DNA of 64,000 nucleotides from assembly GCF_018350175.1 (NCBI RefSeq), contig NC_058368.1, positions 157,482,001 to 157,546,000 of the forward strand. The letters run 5' to 3'. A program made the position numbers and the translations under genes. How positions within the stretch are numbered: position 1 is the stretch's first letter; each line of letters starts with the position of its first letter. This DNA is from Felis catus. Its lineage: Eukaryota. This document shows, piece by piece, positions 54,030-64,000 of the stretch. The notes under the pieces are model-generated. The model saw nothing but the letters and a program-made list of their open reading frames with translations. It had not been told where the DNA came from and did no database searches.

Positions 54030-54775
54030 AGAATTCTCACTTTATCCCTAAATCTGTCCACTCTCCCATGCTGTTTATCTCCCAGTTAAAAAACCACCAT
54101 TTATATAGTTACTGAGGTTATTGGCATCCTAGGGAGTCAACTGACTCTTCTGTCACACCACCCCACACCCCTCAATATCCAGATAATCACACATCATACT
54201 GCTTTCACTTCCTAAATTATCTCTCAAATATATGTCCTCATCTCCTTCCTCTGCTTTGGCTCAATATCACCTTTTACTTGAACTTGTCTTTCAGCATCTA
54301 TTTTTGTCTGTTTTTGTCTTGTCTTTAACCATTTGGCTGCCAAAACTACCTTCATAAAATGCCAATCTGACCATGTCATTTTCAAACATTTATTTCTTCA
54401 TGAGTCTCTGTTACTATTTATCTACCACCCAGTCTGAGCTCCTTAATAGGATATATGAGGTTCCTCCCAATAGACCTGGCCCTCACTCTCCACCTTGTGT
54501 ATGATATACCCACTTCTTGCCTAAGCTTGTGCTAAGATTCAGCTCAGGAGCTCTTCTCTCAGGGAACCTTTCCTTTCCCAGTGAGGTGAGTTTAAAACTC
54601 TTTTTCTGGGTCCCCATAACCCCTTGGGTGCACCTTTAGTGCTGCCTTTACTACACTGCATGCATAAGTAGTTGTTTATATGTCTTCTTCCCCACCAGTT
54701 AGTTGGGGGCAAAGACCATGGTCTTACTTTCATATGTATCTGGAACACAACAGATACCTAATAAATATTTTTGGA
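54030..54775 (+). mobile_element. L2 fragment
   Basis: Pyrimidine-rich L2-like body (aatctgaccatgtca; ggaacctttcct) ending in tctggaacacaacagatacctaataaatatt. Confidence 0.55.
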
Positions 54776-56193
54776 TTTTTTTTTTTTTTTTTAAGAAACT
54801 TGGGAGTAGATTACATTCATTCAGATGAAGCCTTATGCCAGGGATACTAAAAAACTAGAGACGTATCTGAAATAGATCACTTAAGAGTCTGTGGAAAACC
54901 AGAGGTCCCCAGAGCAGGCAAAAACAAATAACAAAATGAAAGGCGGAGGAAAAAAAAAAAAAAAAAAGTCCCACACAGCTGTGTGCTGTGTGGTACAAAC
55001 GTCAGGATGAGAAAATTTCTGACCTGTCTTGGTCTATGTTTAGCCCTGAAACCCAGACCAAGTGGTTGCCTGGGTTTGTGGAACTTAAATTTACAATATA
55101 CATTTCTTTTTTAAAAGTATTTTCATCTTTATTAAAATACTCACAGAATACTCTGCCCTCACTGAATTCCATTTGAAAATATGAGTGTTTTTAAGACCAT
55201 TTTGCATTTCAAAGGACTTAGGGAGACTACACTAAATAATTCAAAGTTTAGTAATTCTCTTGGTCAAGTAGAAAGCAGAATTTTAATTAAAAAAATGATT
55301 TGTTTCTTGGAAACAAAGCCCAAACTTGAATTCTACAGGGGAAAAAAAAAAATCCTAAATAAAAATGTCAATTTCCAAATTCATTGCCAATCTTCTCTCC
55401 TTCTTGCTCTCCTGGAGTCTTGAGGAAAGCACTCTTTGCATATGCCAGGAGGAACTGCTGCTGAGTGGAAGTTAAGAATAGAATTCATGCATGGCCATCA
55501 GCAACAGTTGTGTAAATTTGGGGGAGAGACTGGTACCTGACAGATGTGAATCCTCAAGATTAACATAAATTGCTAAAAGTGGCCTAGGCCCTAGATTTTG
55601 CAAAACACATGGTATTATCCCAAACCAGTCAAAGTTACAATGAAAACTCATTAAATTCAATAACATAAACAGTATCAAAGTCTGAGGAATATTTTCATAT
55701 AGATTTGGAAGTATATTCAATTCTTACATCTGTTTTTCAACACCAACAGTAATCACACTTTTTTTTTTTTTTTTAAAGCTACCAAATGCTTTTTCAAAAT
55801 AAATCTTACAGAGAAATCTACCATGTATTACAAAGAGAGTCAGCACTGCTCTGGTAGAGGAAAGGGATGACAAGGGACTGGGACTGCTGAGGCAGCCACT
55901 GTGGTGACATCACAGAACCCCCAGGCTCTGGGGGACCGAAGACACAACATCAAGGCTCTAAGCTAAGGAAAAAGAAACAGCAAAAAAGATGCACAATAGT
56001 TGGGGGCTATAATTTTATTAATTACATTTTAGTCACATCTTAAATGACACTTAGAAAAGAGTATACACAAAATATGAACTTTTATGTGCCATATTTTGAT
56101 GAGAATTAGTGCCAAATATTTGAAGGATACCAAAGATAAAAATTAGTGTTCTGCTGCCTTGTTCTCTTCTTTCCTTTTTAAAATGATTTCTTT

Positions 56194-56387
56194 GGAGCCT
56201 GGGTGGCTCAGCTGGTTAAGCATATGACTTCAGCTCAGGTCATGATCTCCCAGTTCATGAGTTCAAGCCCCACACTGGGCTCTGCACTGGCAGTGCAGAG
56301 CCTGCTTGGGATTTTCTCTCTCCCTCTCTCTCTGCCCCTGTCCTGCTCTCTTCTCTCTCTCTCAAATAAACTAAACTAAACTAAACT
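56194..56387 (+). mobile_element. Can-SINE with (TAAAC)n tail
   Basis: ggagcctgggtggctcagctggttaagcatatgacttcagctcagg head; TSD aaaatg(a/c)tttcttt. Confidence 0.9.
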
Positions 56388-56507
56388 AAAATGCTTTCTT
56401 TATTATTGGATCCCTTTGTATTTCCAGTTCTAAGCTGGGTCTTCCTCAATGGCTTGAGAAGAGTGAGTTTGCACTGCTCTTTTTTCCTCTGTATGTATGT
56501 ATCTTTT

Positions 56508-56763
56508 TTTTTTTTTTAGAGGGAATGTTTTCTTTTTTTTTAAATATTTTTTTTTTTCAAAAAAATTTATTTATTTTTGGGACAGAGAGAGACAGAGCAT
56601 GAACGGGGGAGGGGCAGAGAGAGAGGGAGACACAGAATCGGAAACAGGCTCCAGGCTCTGAGCCATCAGCCCAGAGCCCGACGCAGGGCTCGAACTCACG
56701 GACCGCGAGATCGTTACCTGGTTGAAGTCGGATGCTTAACCAACTGCGCCACCCAGGCGCCCC
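56508..56763 (-). mobile_element. Young felid Can-SINE (SINEC_Fc-like)
   Basis: CpG-rich reversed body; perfect 18-bp TSD tgtatgtatgtatctttt at 56490-56507 and 56764-56781. Confidence 0.94.
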
Positions 56764-56834
56764 TGTATGTATGTATCTTTTACATACAGAGGAAAAGAGA
56801 GCAGTGCAAACTGGCCATATCTAGCATGCTATAT

Positions 56835-57040
56835 ATTCTGGAGCAGACTGCTCAGTTTCCAACGTGGGCCCAGATTCTACCATCTGTGTTACTTTGAGTA
56901 AATAACTTAGCCTTATTCATCCCTTGTTTCCTCATCAGTAAAATGTGGATAATGATATTATTCACCTAATAGGACTGTCGTGAAATCTAAAGAAATAGCC
57001 CTCCTCAAGGTGCTTGGCACGATGTCCAGTATGTGCCTCA
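56835..57040 (+). mobile_element. MIR SINE
   Basis: ctgtgttactttgagtaaataacttagcc...gtttcctcatcagtaaaatgtggataat...taggactgtcgtga. Confidence 0.65.
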
Positions 57041-57056
57041 AAATGTTTGCTCTGGT

Positions 57057-57282
57057 GGGGCGCCTGGGTGGCGCAGTCGGTTAAGCGTCCGACTTCAGCT
57101 CAGGTCAGGATCTTGCGGTCAGTGAGTTCGAGCCCCGCGTCAGGCTCTGGGCTGATGGCTCAGAGCCTGGAGTCTGATTCAGATTCTGAGGATCCTTCTC
57201 TCTCTGCCCCTCCCCCCTTCATGCTCTGTCTCTCTCTGTCCCAAAAATAAATAAACGTTGAAAAAAAAAAATTAAAAAAAAA
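57057..57282 (+). mobile_element. Young felid Can-SINE (SINEC_Fc-like)
   Basis: ggggcgcctgggtggcgcagtcggttaagcgtccgacttc head; perfect TSD aaaatgtttgctctggt. Confidence 0.94.
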
Positions 57283-59344
57283 AAAATGTTTGCTCTGGTG
57301 ATATAAAGACACTACTGGGGAGCTCCCGCTCTGATTTTTGCTTGTTTGATTCAAACACATATGTAATGATGTGTTTGACTTTTAAAGTAATGTTCAAATG
57401 GCAAAGGACCAATGATAAGTGTCCTATGGATAATCAAATACTCTGAATCCTCAGTATTTACAAAAGTAAGGGATTAGAAACCTTCAAGGTCAGATTTTAG
57501 TGTTAGCTTAAATAGAAGTCAAGGAAACTATCTGGGAAAACAACAAAAAGACTAGCAAAATTTCTAAATATTTCAAACTCAAAGTACAGAGATATTAGGT
57601 ACAAGAATGAATAGGCCACAAAAAGGTGTCCATGAAAGGCTGAACAATTACAGATACCTGGTGCTAATCTAGAAGGGGAGCAAACACTTTTCCCAAGTGC
57701 CCTACCTATAAAAAAAATATGCTGCCTTCAGAGCCCTAGATAGCAGCTACAGCACAACAAAGAAACAAAGAAAACAGAATTAAGAGTTCTCATGAGGACC
57801 AAAACTTTGTGACTTTAAAGCATTCAATCTTCATAAATGCAAACAATATTTTAAAGTTTGTAGGGATTTTTAGTGTCAAAGCTACTGGTAGTCCTAAAGA
57901 TGAATAAAGCCTATATAGTATTTTAATTTTTATGGATGTCTTTTCAAACAAGTACCATGAAAATACATTGCTGAGATAGGGTCTATTTCATAAAATTTAT
58001 TTCTGTTCAGTTTTCATATGTCAATTTCACATGCTAATTTTCTTCAGGACTATAAAGGAAATAAAATGATTTGGTTTAATGGGTATAAAGCTATTGATAT
58101 ATACAGTGCATCAAGAGCTAAGCTGAATTAGAAACTGCAGTTCTAATCTCTAAGACACTTAGCAGGTCTGATGTAAATAAGAGAACATTTCAAATCTCTT
58201 AGATCAACTCTAGTGTGGTTGTAAGAAATACATGACTAAAAAGATTCATTTTTAAGGATGGTGTGCTTGAGCTACTGGCAAAGCCCTCAAATCTTTGCCT
58301 GCAAATAAAGGAATATGTTGTCAAAGAAAGGGCAAAGATTTACATATAGACAGCTAATTACTGTACTTAGATAATTCGTAGCACAAAAGTGTTTAATTAT
58401 CTTCTAGATGGTTATGTGATTTTAAGAGGCAGAATGACACAACACAGGCTCCTCTAGAACACTGAAACTGTTATCAAGTAGCAAAATATTTTATCCCCTT
58501 GCTAATAATTCACTGCACTGACCCATTAAAACAAAAAAAAAAGCATGGGTTTCATGAAAAAATAGGCTTCTTGAGAAGTCTGTAATGTTCTTTGCAGGAA
58601 GATAGGCATCTAATGATGAGGATGAAAACTCAAAAGCACTAAATTATGAGGACTATCAACAGTGGGAAAGAGAAACAGTAAAATAGCAAAATATATACAA
58701 AGTTAGAGAATTGAGTAATTATTTTTAAAAGTTAGAGAAATAGAGTATTTATATTTCAAAGAAAGTCCTTGAATTACCGAAATAAAATTACCAAAATAAA
58801 AAATTTTCCCCACTATATTGGGAAAGATAAATAATATAATGAGTACTCAAAACCACTCCTAGCAATATCAGTGGAGACAGTAAAACATATGACAGTATTT
58901 CAACTATTTCTTAAAATATTGCATTTTACCTGTGCCAGATATTATCAAGCAAATCACAATGTCAAACACATTTTAAACATTATCAAATGATTATTTTTGA
59001 AATTAAGAACATGTATTCAGTATTGGTAAGGGAAAACACCTTGTGACAGGTATTTTCAAACAGCTCTGGAAATAAACAGCAGCAGCTTTTGGGGGATAGA
59101 GGGGAACATGTGGTAGCAATTTAGCAACAGTTATCAAAAATTTTAAAAACATTCATATGTTCCGACCCAGTAATTCCGCATCTAGGGATCTAACCTGAAG
59201 AAATCATTAGAAATGAAAATAAAGATTTACACAAATTGGTTATCAAACCATCACATCACGGTTGTATAGAAACTATGTAAGTAATGGGAGAATAGCTAAA
59301 GAAATGTTAGTTTATCTATAAAATGAAATGTTAGGTAGCTATTT

Positions 59345-59562
59345 TTTTTTTAATTTTCAGTGTTTTTATTATTTTTATTTTTGAGAGAGACAGAGTGTGA
59401 GAGGAGTAGGGGCAGAGAGACAGGAAGACGCAGAATCCAAAGTAAGCTCCAGGCTCTGAGGTGTCAGCACAGAGTGCGATGCAGGGCTTGAACTCAGGAA
59501 CTGTGAGATCAGGACCTGAGCCGAAGTCAGATGCTTAACCGACTGAGCCACCCAGGTGCCTC
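59345..59562 (-). mobile_element. Can-SINE inserted in an old L1M fragment (~59010-59830)
   Basis: Reversed body; TSD taggta(g/a)ctattt; flanking L1 motif gacccagtaattccgcatctagggatctaacctgaagaaat. Confidence 0.88.
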
Positions 59563-60917
59563 TAGGTAACTATTTAGAAGTAACTTTTCCTATTTTGTGA
59601 CATAGGAAAATGCTCCTATGTTAAAAAGAAAAAGTAGGATATTAAAAAGCAGCAAATACACCGTGACTACAGTTTTTTAAAACTTAGGTGTAAATATAAA
59701 AAAAAGACTAGAAGAAATCCAGCAACACCAGCTGTTTTTCATTGTCAGGACATTTACTCATCTTTGTGCTTGTATGTACTTTACATACAATCCTAACATG
59801 TGCATTCATTTGTTTTTCAATCAAAAAACAATAAAGACTGCTTTAAAAATAATTAGATTTTAAGTTATCACAATGACATTTGCCCTTCATGACACTATCA
59901 CTTTAAATATATTTTTTTAATTAGAGATTTTTTTTAATAGAATTAGAAATCGTGAAATGTAAGACTATCCAAAATTAATCCTGAATGCATGATTATCTTA
60001 TGCTTCAAGTTCTCTATGAAGGAACAAAACACTACCTTCCTTAAAAAAAAAAGATAAAACAAAATACCAAGCCTCCCTAGAACAAACTTATGAATAACTG
60101 TGGAACTGTGAAAAACGGAACATTGTTAAGTACCATCCCTCATTCCTAACCTGTGAAAACTGACTTGAATGAATTACCAACAAGAGAAAATTAACAAGCA
60201 TTCAAGGAATTTCTTAGTATTAATTAGTAGAGTATTACCATATTTGTGAATATGGCTATGCCTTATATTCTCAGTCCGAAATAATATATTCCCAATATTA
60301 ATTTATTGAATGATTAAACACTAAGCTGTGTAAATATTATAAAAGATTGCCCCTTTCCTCTATGGCTACTATAAGTACCAACCCTCTAATAATACTACAG
60401 GCCCAATTTAGTTATCCTACTGCAGTTTTCTACTGCATTCTGAGTTTATTACCTAAAAATCCCTAAGGATTTTATCTTTTTAAAATTCAGCTGAGTGCTA
60501 CTTTTCATTCCCATAATTTGTCCTTTCTAGACAAGACCTATTCCTAGGGCATGTCACAATACTACTGCTCCAAAATGTCAACTGTTAACGCCAAAAGAAA
60601 AGTGGCCTTTCCTCCCATACCCTTGTTAACACCAATAAGTCAGCTTGTACTTTCTTTCCAATGGGGAGAAAGATCACAGATGGAGAGAAAACTTTCTTTC
60701 TCTATTGATAGATGACAAAGCAACTCTATCAAGTAGTTGACGAGCAAGATATTTAGCTGGTGTCCAGCTATAGATAACTTTTCAAGACCTGCCTTCTTTA
60801 TTTTCATTGTCAACATGTTTTTTAAACCTTTAATATTCAGCCTTTCTCCTAGATTCTTGACATATTTAAACTTGGCATCTCAAAACATTTATGTTTATAG
60901 AATGATTAGGAAATACA

Positions 60918-60920
<3 letters not shown>

Positions 60921-60955
<35 letters not shown>
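60921..60955. repeat. (AT)17 microsatellite
   Basis: Direct reading of the sequence. Confidence 0.92.
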
Positions 60956-60956
<1 letters not shown>

Positions 60957-61849
60957 CTCATGTAAATTACTAGCAATGACATTTTGGTGTAGAGCATTTC
61001 ATATTTACTTTGTAGGTTTACATTTGTGTTTATGTATTTAAAAAATAGTATATATAGGATATCTTATTACTTACTGATTAACTAGGAAGATGAAATGACA
61101 ACTTAAAAAATTTCTTACCTACATACATGGACAGTCTTGCCATTTACCACTTACATGTTCTTTTATACCCACTAGGAAAGTAATATAGCCCTTCAGAAGG
61201 ATCTAGAATAATATGGCCTATACTTAATTTTTGGTATTTCATTTTGGTAATTTTTTTTGTTGCTACCATAAATGAGATCATTTTTATGTTGAAATTCTAA
61301 TGGCTAGCACTTAGAGAGGCCAGTGATTTTTTTTAAAATTGTATTTATCATTTATTGGGCATGTTTCATGTGCCAACACATTGCTAAGCTCTAACATTAC
61401 TGGACAGTGGCCTATGTAATTTGTCTTTAGATGGGAGATAAGGCCAAAGAAATGATCCACAAATAACAGGAATTTCAAAATCTGCACTCATATACATGCC
61501 TTCCTACTAGCCTCCATACACAAACCTTCTTTGCTCCTATCTAATGCCAATCTCTCCTCTGAGCTACTATCTCTCCAACCTACAAAGGGGCACTGCTCTA
61601 GCAAGTCTTTCTTACATTATCAACTTTTGCTTTCTACTAGATCATTCCCATCCATTTACAAATGTCCTGTTCTTTCTTCCATTTTGAAAGAAACGTCTCT
61701 TCACTTGAGCCACCCAATGGTTTTAAAAGTTATTTCTCAAGTGACTACTTTACTGGAAGAAATCCTTAAGTTTTTAAAGTTTTTTACTTGGTGTACTTGG
61801 ATTACCTGCAGTTACTGGCAAACTTATCGATTATCCATGGCTTTTATTT

Positions 61850-62150
61850 CATTTTCTTTTCCATTACTGAGCATTCTCAGAACAATGTTATATTACAGAG
61901 AGAGTAGTGGGCATGTATACTTTATTGCTAACACTAATAAGGATATTTCTATTGTCTTATGACTAAGTGTGGTAATTGGCTATTAGTTTGATAAAGATAT
62001 TTTTAATCGTGTTAAGGAAGAATTCATTCTATTCTCTACTTATTGCCTTAAATTTTAATTCAGATTTAATACTGAATTTTTATCAAATGCCTTTTGGTAT
62101 CTGTTGAAATAGTTCTGGATTTTCTCATTTAACCTATAAAGATGACAAAT
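61850..62150 (-). mobile_element. Old L1 ORF2 fragment
   Basis: gagagtagtgggcat...gttaaggaag...attcta...tgaatttttatcaaatgccttttggtatctgttgaaat, typical of antisense L1. Confidence 0.55.
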
Positions 62151-63154
62151 CACATTTAAGGTTAAGGATAATGAGAACAAACTATGTATTATTTGTTTCT
62201 ACAAAACAAATATAGCTTGAGAGTCATGAAGTTTGATGATAAAATGAATACCTATGAAGTCACTGCCCAACTTAAATACACTAGCAATGATCTATCTAAC
62301 CATGTGCTCCACACTTATGCCTGCCTTTCTCTATCAAAGGTAACAACTACTCTAACTTTTATGATGATCATTCCTTTTTTTGCTTTCAATAATTTTATCA
62401 CATGTGTGTATACTTATACAACATATTAATTTTGCTTGTTACTAAGCTTTATAAACATGCTGTGATGCCATCTGCAGTCTTCTGGCCACATGAGTTTTTT
62501 CTGTTGTATACTCTTCCACTGAATCAATATGCAGTTTATCTCTATTAGTTTGCCATTATTCTTAATTAGTGTGAACAAAATTTGGCAAAAGGAGCTTCAA
62601 ATTCCCTAAATGTTAATAATTAAAAGTACCAACACACATAAGTATTCATAAGTTAACCAGTATTTTTAACAGTTAAAAAAAAAAAAAAACTCTTTAAATA
62701 GAGCTTTGTACCAGAATTCCATCGTAAATACACCTTTCTTCCTTCTTACTACTGAGTTTCCAAGTATAATTAAATCCTATAAAATGTCCTTTGGAGTTGT
62801 TTCTTGAAAATCCTTTTGTTCCAAATTCTCAGATGCCACTGATTCTTAGAAAGCTCCATCCTGACAGAATGAGGTATGGATTATTACCTAAACATCTCAC
62901 GTATAGCATGTCCCAAACAAAACATACCCCCTGTGCCTCCTGTCTCAATCTGGTTTTTTAATTTATTTTGGGTTTGTATAATAGTCCCATCATCCAACCA
63001 AATATTCACCATAAATATGGAGTCTTGACTCCTGCTTTACATCCTTCCCTAATAAAAAGAATAAGTCAGGGAGGTACTGAATATGCATGTTACAATGTAA
63101 GTCTGACTACATGGTTCCCTGGCTAAAATTTTTAAAAAAGAGGATAATCTCCTG

Positions 63155-63400
63155 CAGTGCTTTTTTAAACCATAGACTGTGACTCACTGGTGGGTCATGA
63201 CATTAATTTAGTGGATTGTGACTATGATTCTTTTAAAATGAAGTAGAATAGAATATATCAAACTACACAGATAATAACTATTGTGCTGTGAAACTTCTGT
63301 TTCAAGTTAGGTGAATGAATACACCTATAGTGTAAAGGTTCATAATGTGAAATGTTTTTTCTTACCATGAATTGTTTCTAAATGTGTTTGAAAGCAGTGA
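63155..63400. mobile_element. hAT-Charlie MER-type element
   Basis: cagtgcttttttaaac...gactcactggtgggtcatgacattaatttagtgg...tttgaaagcagtg, with TIR-like ends. Confidence 0.5.
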
Positions 63401-64000
63401 CTGCAATAGGTTCCACCCAGAAAATAATGAAAATTGTGAACCTTCTCCTGAGAACAGAATGTACATACACACCTTTACACAGACATATTCTTATCATGTT
63501 CTTCATTATAGTGAATGTAGCTATCATAAGAAAGCCTAGGGAAAAAATTTTTAAAGTCATGATTTCCAGACCTCATCACAGACTCTCAGGAAATTTTATA
63601 AATAAGAAGCATTGATCTCCAAGGTAAAATTAAAATTCTTTAAGAAGGTGGGAACATTTGATAAACCTGTTTACCACTTTGCTCATGCTGAACTATTGGA
63701 CTGAATGGCATTTTCTTCCTCCTCTGATCAGCCAATTCCTGGTAATCCTTCAAAGCCCGATTCAAACATTATTTCTTCTCTGAGACCTTCCTGATTTTTG
63801 CTCTTCCTCTTGCTGGTTAGGGAGGTGCTCAACAAATGTTTACATCAATGAGAGAATGAATAAAATGCTTGGTAAACATTTATTATAAGCAGGTGAGGAT
63901 CACTGTAGTGATGAGAACAGGCTCTGGAATCAGATGCTAGAGTGGACTGTAGGCTCCTTTATTCACTAATTTGTGTGAACTTCAAAAACTAACTTCAGAG

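Noticed and set aside
45945..64000. Search for ELL2 exons 1-2 (…NLIPFRPSIQFQG…) and a CpG-island promoter
   Set aside because: No matching sequence or CpG island was seen, so they presumably lie beyond the window. ORFs here (51171, 56577, 57014, 61531) are SINE- or repeat-derived, or chance ORFs.

Overview
This is mammalian genomic DNA, very likely from a felid, judging by the many SINEC_Fc-like Can-SINEs. The only protein-coding gene I can support is ELL2 (RNA Pol II elongation factor) on the minus strand. Coding exons 3-12 lie at 45944 down to 19589, numbered by analogy to the human gene. All introns are GT-AG, and the spliced frame is intact: 1734 nt, 577 aa plus TAG, ending in the occludin/ELL domain. 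A ~3.8 kb 3'UTR runs to a distal AATAAA at 15835-15840. I could not find exons 1-2, so they presumably lie beyond the right edge. About 46-64 kb is intron 2 and 1-15.8 kb is downstream intergenic DNA. The rest is interspersed repeats (Can-SINEs, L1, L2, MIR, hAT MERs) and microsatellites. I found no evidence of a novel multi-gene system. The most interesting signals are non-coding: a 32-bp near-perfect inverted repeat with a young SINE inserted in its loop, an inverted SINE cluster, and the 3'UTR layout (PAS 25 nt after the stop next to an ARE, a 65-bp duplication, abutting miR-155/miR-30 seeds, Pumilio sites, a 54-bp palindrome). Repeat family names come from recalled consensus sequences, and boundaries of old repeats are approximate.
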